From the IMG/VR virus record IMGVR_UViG_3300033156_000775, positions 1 through 64,000 of that record: a DNA stretch of 64,000 nt; one strand, 5' to 3'. How positions within the stretch are numbered: the stretch's first letter is position 1; each line of letters starts with the position of its first letter. The notes beneath the pieces were generated by a model that was given only the letters and a program-made list of their open reading frames with translations, did not search any database and was not told the DNA's origin. Positions 30,901 to 39,495 of the stretch are shown in pieces. Source of the stretch: a virus. The position numbers and the translations under genes were made by a program.

Positions 30901-33236
30901 AAGACCTGAACTCCTCTGGGTATTTTAACTGGCTTAGGAGCTGGATACTTCTGGAACTTAAAAGCATAAGCGTATAATGGAAATGTCCATTTCCACTTCT
31001 TTACTTCCTCATCTGAAATTCTATGTTCATTTCTTAGCTTGTCAAATTCATCTTTGGATATTTCCCTAGGTTCATCTAGATATATGATTCCATAGCACAG
31101 CTTATCAGAAATAAGGTATAGTGGCTTACCTACATACTTAGTGAACTTCTTATGTTTAACAATTAAAGTCTTCTTTCCTTTCCATATTAATTCTCCATGA
31201 GGCATAGTGAGATAAAGAGCTGCCTCTGGAGGTTTAGCTATTGCCTTAGGAGTTATAGGCTCTACTTCCTCAGGCTTTACCTGTAGCAATTCTCTTTCAC
31301 TCTCAGTTATTAAGTCTTCAACATCATATAAATCTCCATCTCTAGCTACAACAATCTTAACATTGTATTTGTCCTCTAAGGTTTTCAGCTCATCTTGGAG
31401 CTTCTTATCTCCAAGCCTTATAGGCTCAGAATTTCCTGAAAACACCAGCTTGCCATTTCTTTCTACTAGTAGATTCGAGTTGTCTTCTACTTCCACGCAC
31501 CAGACCGTTCCGTGATAATCTTCAAGGTGTATTCCATTATTTTTTCTTGATACATAACCCTTCGCATGGCTGATGTTGTGGTCATAGTATATTTTTGAAT
31601 TTTCTTTAAAGTCAGTCCTTCTATTCACAGCATAACCTAACTTAAGTGTTACTTCCATTAAGTCTTCCGAAAGTTTTGGACAGATAGTCCCAAATGATCT
31701 ACTTTTTCGTTTTCTCCCATCTCCAAGGTAATATGCCTCAAAAAGAGCATGAAGATATTCTGAAGAGAGGTCTTTAATCCATTTTGGAATTTGCTTCCCT
31801 TCCTTTGAAGATCTACCGAATTGGGAAAGAAACGCAACTAAGCCTTGATCTGTAAGGAAAAAGTCACATCCTCGTTTAGAAATACTGTAGTTGATCTTAA
31901 GACGCTCTAATAAATCTTTAACTTCATTAAAAAATATCTTTTGAGTTATCCTGCTAAATTTTGGAACATCGTTTTTCCAATGAGAGGAACCCTCAGCAAG
32001 ATACCATCCAGCTAGCTTCAACGCATCGGCCAAAGGCATCGGAGGAGTATGCTTGCAATTAAAATGTGATTTTTTCCAGTAATCAGAAGTCCTAATCACT
32101 TTTTTCCCTGGTTGTTTCCCACTCCACTTCGCTCTAACTGGGAGATAGCAGTGAAATTTTTTGTAAAGATCTATAGCATAATAGTAATTCCAAGATTCTC
32201 GTTTTTTCTTTGTCACTGCATAGGGAACAGATCCTCGCTTCCATGCATATACTCTGCCTGGTGAGAGTCCAAGCTCTTTTGCTACTTTATAATCACTCAC
32301 TCCTTTCTTTAGCATAGCCATCGCCTTTTCATAGAGAGCTTCTATACTAGGATCTTGTTTAGTTGAAGATGGCAGCTTAGCTAGTACCCTATGATTGGGA
32401 GTTACAAGTAAATCAAGATATTCCGTTTTGAAATGAACCATCAACCCATCATAGCTATATCTAAATTTTCTTAAGATAGGCTTAGCTTCGAGTTCTTCAG
32501 TTTCTTTATTGAAAGACCAAACTAAGTCTCCTATTTTGACTTCGTTAAATGTCTTAATACCATTCGGAGTTACTAGTCGAGTATCTTCTGAGTAGCATCC
32601 TAGATGGGTGAATATGCAAACTCTAACATTAGCATCTCTACACCAAGCCAGCTGAGTACGGATATCAGCATGTCCAATAATAGTTCCTTCATCCTCCTTA
32701 GCTTTTCTTATCAGACCTCCCTTCTTATGTGTGCTTAAGTCTCCAATGTACACTTGGCATCCTTTCAAGTATTTCTCTCTATCATCCTTTCTAAAAGCAG
32801 CTACGTCACTAGCATAGCATATCTTTAGCTTCCCATCACTAATGATCAATGCTACATTTGGAGCTTTAACACTATGATAAATTGGGATTCCAATAGCTGA
32901 AAATGTCCCTAGCTTAAACTTCTTGTTTGGAGTAAATTCTTTCAAGCTTAAATGCTCATAGTCCTGAGATTTATAATACTCAGACTTTAGAGTAAGGCTG
33001 GACAAATATACTGGAACTTTGCTGTTCCTTACTTTCTTAAGTCCCCAGAGATGGTCCGGGTGACTGTGTGAGTTGATGACGTAGCTACATTTAGGGAACT
33101 TCTCAGGTTCATATAGATCTCCAAAGTCTATTAGGAGTCTCTCTCCGTTACTCTCAACTAGAAGAGACGATCTGTTCTTATGACTCTTAGAATAAGTTTC
33201 TACGTATCCTCGTGTCCCTAGGAAATTAAGCTTGAT
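27921..33236 (-). CDS. Multidomain protein: metallo-beta-lactamase (with intein) + ASCH-like + nucleotidyltransferase-like + ATP-dependent DNA ligase
   Basis: The frame extends upstream of the ORF track to IKLNFLGTRG..LLIDFG..HSHPDH; then GH and THLG; PHGELIW.GKKT (ASCH); VG...DHDIDLL; and ligase motifs EKCDG, LDGE, FYDI, EGVVAK, WAKLK. Confidence 0.8.
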   Translation of the reverse strand: MKLNFLGTRGYVETYSKSHKNRSSLLVESNGERLLIDFGDLYEPEKFPKCSYVINSHSHPDHLWGLKKVRNSKVPVYLSSLTLKSEYYKSQDYEHLSLKEFTPNKKFKLGTFSAIGIPIYHSVKAPNVALIISDGKLKICYASDVAAFRKDDREKYLKGCQVYIGDLSTHKKGGLIRKAKEDEGTIIGHADIRTQLAWCRDANVRVCIFTHLGCYSEDTRLVTPNGIKTFNEVKIGDLVWSFNKETEELEAKPILRKFRYSYDGLMVHFKTEYLDLLVTPNHRVLAKLPSSTKQDPSIEALYEKAMAMLKKGVSDYKVAKELGLSPGRVYAWKRGSVPYAVTKKKRESWNYYYAIDLYKKFHCYLPVRAKWSGKQPGKKVIRTSDYWKKSHFNCKHTPPMPLADALKLAGWYLAEGSSHWKNDVPKFSRITQKIFFNEVKDLLERLKINYSISKRGCDFFLTDQGLVAFLSQFGRSSKEGKQIPKWIKDLSSEYLHALFEAYYLGDGRKRKSRSFGTICPKLSEDLMEVTLKLGYAVNRRTDFKENSKIYYDHNISHAKGYVSRKNNGIHLEDYHGTVWCVEVEDNSNLLVERNGKLVFSGNSEPIRLGDKKLQDELKTLEDKYNVKIVVARDGDLYDVEDLITESERELLQVKPEEVEPITPKAIAKPPEAALYLTMPHGELIWKGKKTLIVKHKKFTKYVGKPLYLISDKLCYGIIYLDEPREISKDEFDKLRNEHRISDEEVKKWKWTFPLYAYAFKFQKYPAPKPVKIPRGVQVFVDAKNVKFLSVKEMSNQDLEYYHLVYHSCGELLSECCKAHYRIAMEMLSRGLEHVERTSCDRAITWNFMDIKKYDPKKASDRQLGDDFRLALGHYSNMKQGKKYEHWKPEDMVWFIAHKLLPEMVKRGFTFNRPETYTKYAAEAFRKAIKEYGKPIPWKDEAKKLKDLSQFLGITEEETLGRVFGSPTFDDNVLDCIYEWKKRDFQPEALKDLARKYKWLAVDTGRDYFEMFALRTAAMGLKLPHYKLGNSWYLDDAAAMIVESHLSFYPDLLKNNPYKDFKWHWPAAREKETTEEEFKLPEGMKIEDIDPQYVIGLSDEDLIELWKMLVNMAEHSADAPEKIPENIHNAAVFVGIELYKRGLWEEHRGDNILEKAIELEVSEYPTPKGLFMSEDIPEPEGEYILLDDVIRAFQSIGSIRTKGEPYASYLVGRLVNEGRIPKDHDIDLLLRQKPDPRLVVALKSLNPKWLSKRLHVVWDPNGPLIGYSIPIHGYSLNPLPKELMIRGFGPYRLEKLAQEIKVGKPMIGAKPKSGFGKHEFFDPKEMYLEWAKDYLDEGIFVQEKCDGRRMQLHVDKDKGIVKIITEDRQRDRASQFPNIVKEIKEKLNCDSCILDGEMLAFKIPPNKVIKSAKIKRQMDLMEREDTAQITVGRVSPDFEDKIVYVFYDIMYYNGKPVVDLPYSERFKLLKKVVPKNARYLDVVRSTFAKTPAEFMRAVAKMRSAPGSEGVVAKAATSTYPVKFKGENRVDEWAKLKNLKELDVMVWNVVEKKRRETGEPLGNYMYVSVYLVPENRVKEFQPSNIVEYKGKHYAIIGRSYATNVKCKRGDIITVMPIRIRKYEDKGGRIKYTWMFPYFKEKRPDKKEPDTLTTVERIARLGTRPAPSREKLHSLSMEELEAYEPLVIIDLPLCEFWKDKSICPLLKIFGRPRYQELTLLKIEHLRFPVACPIANIRRCRYLKSYYYGYKSYKREALSKCSPDYIVEEVETDGD
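31431..32597 (-). mobile_element. Intein with HTH and LAGLIDADG endonuclease, in the MBL domain
   Basis: THLG|CYSEDT..VTPNH..GWYLAEG..YYLGDG..VFSGN|S; 389 aa. Confidence 0.9.
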
Positions 33237-33275
33237 TGTTTATTCCTCCTAGCTATATGTAGTCCGGACTACACT

Positions 33276-34184
33276 TTAATAGTCAGCTGACATCCTATAT
33301 TTAAAATTAAACCTTATAGCCCTTGAAAGCTTGTTTTCATCTATAACAGCTATAGGTGTGAATCTCCCAGGATCTAAAATCCTAATGTTAGATAGGCTTG
33401 TCCTAGAGCTGAATAGGACTCTGTCACATAGTGAGATTAGATCATCAAGCTCATCTTGATAGAGGCTATAGACCACTATAGCTCCCTGAAGGATATATTC
33501 TGAGTATGATCTGTCTATCCATCTAGAATCAACTCTAGGCCTATCAACAATATCAACTGCAATTCTTGGGTAATTGTGTAAACTCAAATCCATACGGGGG
33601 TACTCACTGTATATCCAACCCCTAACAGCAAAGTTAAAGTACAAATCTACATTCAATGGGCTCCATGTGCCACCTTCTTCCTTGTTATAAGCTGTCCCCA
33701 CAAGATAATGAGTATCTACCGAGTCTCTCCCTATAGAGAAATAATCCACAGTTGAAGCAGTGTTCTTAGGCTCAAATACCAGCCAGTATGAAGTTTTAGA
33801 CCCTAGCATACTTGAAATTTTCAAGCTAGTAGAAACTGTAGATAGGGAAGTTGGTATGCTAGCTGCTGGAATAGATGAACTAGCTAATGTAGATCCAGAT
33901 GGCTGTCCATTAGAATCTGTTTGTAGGCTCACTACGATACCTGTATCTGGGCTTCCATATTTCCTAGCTTTGAATGTTACTGGAATAGTGTAAGAGTATG
34001 GGCTTGCTTTAGAGTAGCATTTAGAGTATGGAGTTATAGATTCAGCAAATGAAACATTAATTGTACTTCCAGCTGAGATAGTGGACATACCTGCCTCTAC
34101 AGTTCCATAGAGACACCTAGAATACAAATGGTCTCTAAGCTCATCTCTAATGATATTCTTTAAGCTGTTAAGGTTAAATGGCAT
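33276..34184 (-). CDS. Tail terminator/completion-like protein with inserted beta domain
   Basis: Position in the neck module; YPRIAV motif. Confidence 0.5.
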   Translation of the reverse strand: MPFNLNSLKNIIRDELRDHLYSRCLYGTVEAGMSTISAGSTINVSFAESITPYSKCYSKASPYSYTIPVTFKARKYGSPDTGIVVSLQTDSNGQPSGSTLASSSIPAASIPTSLSTVSTSLKISSMLGSKTSYWLVFEPKNTASTVDYFSIGRDSVDTHYLVGTAYNKEEGGTWSPLNVDLYFNFAVRGWIYSEYPRMDLSLHNYPRIAVDIVDRPRVDSRWIDRSYSEYILQGAIVVYSLYQDELDDLISLCDRVLFSSRTSLSNIRILDPGRFTPIAVIDENKLSRAIRFNFKYRMSADY

Positions 34185-34186
34185 AG

Positions 34187-34522
34187 CTATATCCTCTCCA
34201 ATAACCTTAAGATGTTATCTACAATTAAGGACCTAACTTCCTCCTTACTTTCGTATGCTATCTCTTCAAAGATGGAGTATAAAGATACTGGTTTAACCCT
34301 CCTGCCATAAACCCTACCTTGCCTAGAGGATTCTCTGAGTGTTGTCCGTCTAGACCTGATTACACCTCTCCATGGACGTGTCCTACCCTTGACTTCGTGC
34401 CCTATAGTTACATAGTCTGGGCCTCTTCTAACAACCAGGTTTGCATATGGAGGAGCTCTTGCTTCTAGCTTAGGGACTATAATGTTGTTAGCTGCCTCTT
34501 CCATAGCTGTAATCCTAAACAT
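34187..34522 (-). CDS. Neck protein (HK97 gp10-like candidate)
   Basis: Position, size and basic composition. Confidence 0.4.
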   Translation of the reverse strand: MFRITAMEEAANNIIVPKLEARAPPYANLVVRRGPDYVTIGHEVKGRTRPWRGVIRSRRTTLRESSRQGRVYGRRVKPVSLYSIFEEIAYESKEEVRSLIVDNILRLLERI

Positions 34523-34526
34523 TTCG

Positions 34527-34892
34527 TTACTCCCCTGACGAAATCTTGACTAAAATGGCTTCCCGAATGTCCACTGAATCTTTATGGTAGTGGTTAATTA
34601 TCTCTCTAACCTCAGTCTCAACATTGTCAGGGAGCACTACTCTGTCGTTGACACTTATAGTTACTGTACCAGAAAACAGTGCTGAGTAGTCTCCCTCTAG
34701 TCCTACTCCAAACATATTCCATACTTCACGCATTCCCCTAGTAGGAGTGACCCATGCCTTAGCTCTTAAAGTGTCAGAGTACGAGTCACTGGTAACGATC
34801 CCTTCAGAATCAGTGGACAATGATCTACGGTATATAGTGACATTCTGTCCAAACAGCTCTATCAGCTTCTCAGTTGGATATTGAAGACTCAT
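34527..34892 (-). CDS. Head closure protein (SPP1 gp16-like)
   Basis: GQNVTIYR..D.EG......I.VNDRV pattern; neck module position. Confidence 0.6.
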   Translation of the reverse strand: MSLQYPTEKLIELFGQNVTIYRRSLSTDSEGIVTSDSYSDTLRAKAWVTPTRGMREVWNMFGVGLEGDYSALFSGTVTISVNDRVVLPDNVETEVREIINHYHKDSVDIREAILVKISSGE

Positions 34893-36571
34893 GTCATCAT
34901 ACTCCTTTCTAGAGTCATTTCCTCAGCTGTCTTTCTAACAGCTGATTTCTGCTTTACCAAGCTCATAATATGATAGTACTGGTCTAGATACTCTCTATAT
35001 GGCTTAACATCAAACCGTAATCTGATTGGTCCCCTAGCAATGGATATTGGAATAGCAGTGTACTTCTTAACATAGAACAAGAAAGCAGTTAGATAGGAAC
35101 ATGCTAGCTTAACCAGCTCCCAGTTGATGTTCTCTTCCCAGGTGTAGGAATAGTTACAAGTTATTTTTTCTATAGTTGAAGCTGGAGCTGAAGACAGCAC
35201 TATTTCCCCTAAGTCAGTATAGATTGTGGACACTGGAACCGTAGACCTTGTAGATGGATCTGAGCTGTCAGGCCACTGATAGACTGTGACATCAGATCCA
35301 GTTACAGCTTTGTCTCCATCTATATCAGCTATTGGGTAGTAAGCAGTAGTGAATGTGGTGTTAGTATTTCCACACCATACAGGCTTACCATTTCTAACGA
35401 TGTACATTATATGATTTGGGACAATAGCACAGTAAACTTTGCCTTTATAGTTTTCAATTGTAAACGATCTTGTGGAATTCCTCTTTCTTGGAAACCAATA
35501 AGGATAAAACCATTTGGTTCTAGGTATAATCTCCCAAGTTGTTTCAGTTGCGACAGTCGTACCTCTTGGAGTTCTAATTAAGTCCCCTTTCTTACTAGCA
35601 ATTCTGTAAGATGCAGATCTTCCTAACTTAAGATTTAATTCAATCATCTGGTCTCTTAATCGTCTGGAGCAGGTCCAGAAATGATTGTTAGATTTTTGTC
35701 CATCCCCTAAAATCAAAGCATCATGTAAAATCTGGAGTTGATCCTTATCTAATTGAAGAAATTCATTAGGAATAAAGCGTTCATTTTTTCTACCTAGTTT
35801 CTTAAGGTAATGGTGCAGAGCTTTAGATCTAACTGTAATCTCAAAGGATTCTGTAGCTGGGTTATAATATAGATAAGCCAGTTCCGGGAAACATCTCCTA
35901 GTATCCTCGTACATTTTCTTATATGATTCTTTCTTTTGAATTATTTTGACACTATAGTCATAAGTATTCTCTTCATAATCTAGAGTGCCATCAGTTATGT
36001 AGTACCCTAGAAACTTTAACCAGTCATTCATCGCTAGTTTTAAGTCACCTAATTTAAAGACTTCTATATGTTCACCTTTCCATTTTCCAGTTGTGATGAA
36101 TCTACATCTTTTGTCTTTCATATATTTAGCCTGAATTCGCCTATAGGAAGTGAAATAATCCTTGTTATTTTTCCTTTTTCTAATTTTAACATACATCCAA
36201 TGGTCAGGCGTGACGCATATATCAAGTGTTTTCGTCCTAAAGTGGTACATTTCGCCATTGTAATCTAGTTCTACTAGCTTTAATGGTTTTTGAAACTCTA
36301 TCTCTTGGGTTTCTGGGTTTAATGTGCAGATTTCGTCATCGTAATCAAGATCCTTAAAGAACTTTAATCCAGCCTTGGTTAATACCATAGTCTGGTCATC
36401 GTAGCATCCATCAATATTTCCACTTAGCTGCTCATCATGGACAGATATTGTTAGATCTTCTATAATCATTTGGGTGCTAAGGTCGATAAGGTCGCTAAGA
36501 TCCGAGTCATCAATGTCTGAAGCTGTAATGTCTGTTAACGCCCTAACATCAGGAACTGTACAATATCCCAA
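34889..36571 (-). CDS. Head-tail adaptor (gp15/gp6-like) containing an intein
   Basis: MGYCTV.DVR..T.I....I.D..L..LI..S N-terminus and VKLAC..L.A; 213 aa after splicing. Confidence 0.7.
   Translation of the reverse strand: MGYCTVPDVRALTDITASDIDDSDLSDLIDLSTQMIIEDLTISVHDEQLSGNIDGCYDDQTMVLTKAGLKFFKDLDYDDEICTLNPETQEIEFQKPLKLVELDYNGEMYHFRTKTLDICVTPDHWMYVKIRKRKNNKDYFTSYRRIQAKYMKDKRCRFITTGKWKGEHIEVFKLGDLKLAMNDWLKFLGYYITDGTLDYEENTYDYSVKIIQKKESYKKMYEDTRRCFPELAYLYYNPATESFEITVRSKALHHYLKKLGRKNERFIPNEFLQLDKDQLQILHDALILGDGQKSNNHFWTCSRRLRDQMIELNLKLGRSASYRIASKKGDLIRTPRGTTVATETTWEIIPRTKWFYPYWFPRKRNSTRSFTIENYKGKVYCAIVPNHIMYIVRNGKPVWCGNTNTTFTTAYYPIADIDGDKAVTGSDVTVYQWPDSSDPSTRSTVPVSTIYTDLGEIVLSSAPASTIEKITCNYSYTWEENINWELVKLACSYLTAFLFYVKKYTAIPISIARGPIRLRFDVKPYREYLDQYYHIMSLVKQKSAVRKTAEEMTLERSMMT
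35366..36406 (-). mobile_element. LAGLIDADG intein in the head-tail adaptor
   Basis: NIDG|CYDDQT..VTPDH..LGYYITDG..LILGDG..VWCGN|TNTTF; 347 aa. Confidence 0.9.
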
Positions 36572-36681
36572 TTTTATGCACCTTCTAGTGTAGTCCGGAC
36601 TACACCTTGTAAAGAATGAACTTAGCCTCCTACTTGTAGAGGAGACTAGTTCAAGACTACTTATCCTTTAAACTAGGAGCC

Positions 36682-37743
36682 CTAAGCAGCTGGATATGTA
36701 GAGTCACTTGAAGCTGCATTCACAACCAGTGCAACTGCAAGTGTGTCAGCAACACCAAAGTTTCTCTCAGCCCAGAAGTTGTACCAGACTGAGTCGTACT
36801 CAGGCTTGTCCTGCCTGTGTCCCTCAAGGTCTCTCTTGATGACATCGTATCCAAGTCTAGATGAGTCCACAACTATGGCTGCTCCCTCAGGAGCTCTGGT
36901 GCTAAGCAGGACCTTCATACCAAAGATCTTCCCTATCTCACCATTCAGGATGGCTTCCCTGTCCCCATAGGCTGAGGCATCTACAAACTTCAAGTTGGTG
37001 TCAAAGAGCAATGTAGCTAGGTCAACAGGGTTAAGAATAACTATATCTGGGTTTCTCTTTTGTCCAACTACCTTAGCTCTGGCCCTCATAAGATCCTTAG
37101 CTGACAGTGAACCAGCATTGGTAGCAGCAACCCACATGGTGTTCCCTTTCTGCATGTTGGGATACTCAGTCACTACAGTGGCAGCTGCAACTGAACCAGT
37201 TAAGGTAATAGTCCCTGTGTCATACTGAACATTTGCAATGGTAGCTCCACTAACAGATATGATTCTAAGGATTGGGACATTGGTAGCTGCATCAACCGAG
37301 TCATTTGAAATAGCTACAGTTTCTCTCTTCAGGTCCATCATTATGGTCTGAGCCTGGTCATCAACAGCCTCAGCATACTCCAATCCAGCTTCGTAGATGT
37401 GGTCTTTGATCACATCTCTCAAAGCCTGCTCTAGAGCTTCATTAGTGAATTCAAGCTTGATACCTACTTTCTCAACACTTACTGTGACAGCGTCATATGC
37501 AAATGAAGAAGCTGACACTGTGCTCCCTGGAGATACTCCCCAGGTAACAGATATGCCAGTACCCTTCTTTGGGAACTGTATCTGTCTAGGCTTACCAGCT
37601 CCTACAAGGTCTCTGTTAGGCTTGAATAGCTGGGCAAACACACAGGCTCCCCTAGCTACCTCTTCAATAGAGTCTGCAATAGCCTTGCCAGTAATAGCTG
37701 CAACATCAGCAGTTCCTACTCCTAGTTCTTCTAATGTTTTAAT
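36682..37743 (-). CDS. Major capsid protein, paralog 2
   Basis: Homologous to 13966..15033 along its length (GTAD, KVGIKLE, NGEIGKIFGMKV). Alignment suggests a start at ATT 37743 (the ORF track uses TTG 37767). Confidence 0.8.
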   Translation of the reverse strand: MKTLEELGVGTADVAAITGKAIADSIEEVARGACVFAQLFKPNRDLVGAGKPRQIQFPKKGTGISVTWGVSPGSTVSASSFAYDAVTVSVEKVGIKLEFTNEALEQALRDVIKDHIYEAGLEYAEAVDDQAQTIMMDLKRETVAISNDSVDAATNVPILRIISVSGATIANVQYDTGTITLTGSVAAATVVTEYPNMQKGNTMWVAATNAGSLSAKDLMRARAKVVGQKRNPDIVILNPVDLATLLFDTNLKFVDASAYGDREAILNGEIGKIFGMKVLLSTRAPEGAAIVVDSSRLGYDVIKRDLEGHRQDKPEYDSVWYNFWAERNFGVADTLAVALVVNAASSDSTYPAA

Positions 37744-37783
37744 CGCATTCACTCTCCTACAGCTCAATATTCAAGGTAGAAGG

Positions 37784-37852
37784 ATTATATAAAGCTATAT
37801 CTGCACTACAGTGTAGTCCGGACTACACTTCTCAATGAATAAGCTTATTAAC
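37784..37852. promoter_or_regulatory. Divergent archaeal promoters flanking a palindrome copy
   Basis: TTTATATA on minus (about 37785-37792) toward MCP2, TTATTAA on plus (about 37845-37851) toward the tail tube; palindrome at 37811-37828 between them. Confidence 0.55.
37811..37828. repeat. Perfect palindrome copy at the - to + strand switch
   Basis: GTGTAGTCCGGACTACAC between divergent genes. Confidence 0.95.
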
Positions 37853-37935
37853 TTCCACCTTACATTCTATAGCTTGACATCCAAGAGGGATGGATGTTCT
37901 GTATTAAAACCTCAAGAGGAGGTTAGGATAAGAGA

Positions 37936-38886
37936 ATGAGCTACTATACAGACCGCTATGTGAAGTTTGGACAGGAAACTTCATGGGCTACTGCTGTCAC
38001 TCCAGACACATTTAGCAATTACCTGCTTAGGTTTGAAGGTGGATGGACAGATAATAGAGTAGATGAACCTGTAATTGCAGGGGAAAGGGATGCTAAGTCT
38101 AGGACCTATGTCCATAGAGAAGTAGCAGCTGTAATGCAGGTTCAGCCAGTGTCAGCCAGATGGTTTGAGCACTGTCTAGGAAGCCTAGATACTGCTGCTG
38201 GTAACTCTTTACCAGCTACCTTGACTCCTGGGTCTACACTGCCATCTATCACAGCTCAGAGAGTCTATAATCCAGTTCCAGGGGCTGAAGAGAATGCTCT
38301 TAAGCTTTGGGGCTTGAAAGTGGACACTTGGGAGCTTACAATAGAGCAGAGTGAAGACATAGTGCTAGAAATGAACTATGCTGGACATGACGGTACAATT
38401 GAAACTGTATCTTACTCAGCTCCATCAATAGACTATACTATCCCAGCTATGGCCTTCCACAATGCAGTTCTCAAATACAATGGAGACCCAATTAGGTTTA
38501 GGAGACTAGTAATTTCAGGGGACAACAATCTGGAGGCTAGATTCGAATCTGGAGGGACTCTTGGGAACACATTCTGCTGTCAGGAGCTAAGGGAAGGTGG
38601 ATGTGACATTAGTGGAAGGTTACAGCTAGACACTTCCCTAAGTACATACGCAGCTAATGTCCTCTCTAGAAGCGAAGGTACACTTGAATGTTCAATACAG
38701 ACATCAGCAGCTACAGTGGTTATTACATTGAGTAATGTAGCATTTGATGAATATAGAGAACCAATTACAGGGCTAGACGTCATAGAAGTTGAGATTCCAT
38801 TTAGCTGTAGAAGAGTAGATGCTAACACTCCAGCAATCCAGATGGTACAGAAGGGAACTGGACTCTGGACGGCTCTGAAGTACTAG
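37936..38886 (+). CDS. Tail tube (major tail) protein
   Basis: YVKFGQETSWAT, LPSIT, GLKVDTWEL and NNLE motifs; precedes chaperone and tape measure. Confidence 0.75.
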   Translation: MSYYTDRYVKFGQETSWATAVTPDTFSNYLLRFEGGWTDNRVDEPVIAGERDAKSRTYVHREVAAVMQVQPVSARWFEHCLGSLDTAAGNSLPATLTPGSTLPSITAQRVYNPVPGAEENALKLWGLKVDTWELTIEQSEDIVLEMNYAGHDGTIETVSYSAPSIDYTIPAMAFHNAVLKYNGDPIRFRRLVISGDNNLEARFESGGTLGNTFCCQELREGGCDISGRLQLDTSLSTYAANVLSRSEGTLECSIQTSAATVVITLSNVAFDEYREPITGLDVIEVEIPFSCRRVDANTPAIQMVQKGTGLWTALKY

Positions 38887-38905
38887 AATAAAGAGGTGTC
38901 TAAGC

Positions 38906-39313
38906 GTGAACAGCAAATCGAAATATAGGATCAAGCTAGAGGATGTGCTCTTTAACGAGCCATGGGAGGTAGAGGTCCCTGGAGTTGGGACTGTCCTGGT
39001 TAGAGACCCAACTGAAAGGGACAGGATAGAAGCTAGGAAGGCAGCTAGGAAGCATCCTCTATGGGATGAACTGAATGATGTAGAGAAATCAGCTGAGATT
39101 CAGAAGCACCTAGCTAGGATCATGCTGGTTGAACCTAAGATATCTGAGGAGGACTATTTCAAGGCTAACTCAAATGTCATGAATGCTATACTTGACACTG
39201 TCTCCATGGTCTATGTTAAGAAGGTCAATGAGCTAACCAAGAAACGTCAGGAGCTCATAAGGGATTTTTTAGGAGCCCTGAAGGAAGGAAATCTATTGAG
39301 TTCTGGGAGCTAG
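38906..39313 (+). CDS. Tail assembly chaperone (G)
   Basis: Position between tube and tape measure; slippery site near the 3' end. Confidence 0.7.
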   Translation: MNSKSKYRIKLEDVLFNEPWEVEVPGVGTVLVRDPTERDRIEARKAARKHPLWDELNDVEKSAEIQKHLARIMLVEPKISEEDYFKANSNVMNAILDTVSMVYVKKVNELTKKRQELIRDFLGALKEGNLLSSGS

Positions 39314-39495
39314 TTAAAGCCATGAACTATGACTTCAAGAGGGCTAGGGAGGTGTTCCTTGAGCTCACAGATGTCCAGAGACAGTGGATAGGTATGATGG
39401 TGAAGATAGATCAGATAAGGGCTAAGGATATAGAGGCTAAGCACAAAGTAGAAGCTACAATGAGTAAGGTGTTCAGGAGAGGTAGGTATGTCTGA
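39265..39495 (+). CDS. -1 frameshift extension of the tail chaperone (GT)
   Basis: T TTT TTA heptamer at 39265-39271; the -1 frame FFRSPEGRKSIEFWELV... stays open to TGA 39493-39495. Confidence 0.7.
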   Translation, partial: FFRSPEGRKSIEFWELVKAMNYDFKRAREVFLELTDVQRQWIGMMVKIDQIRAKDIEAKHKVEATMSKVFRRGRYV

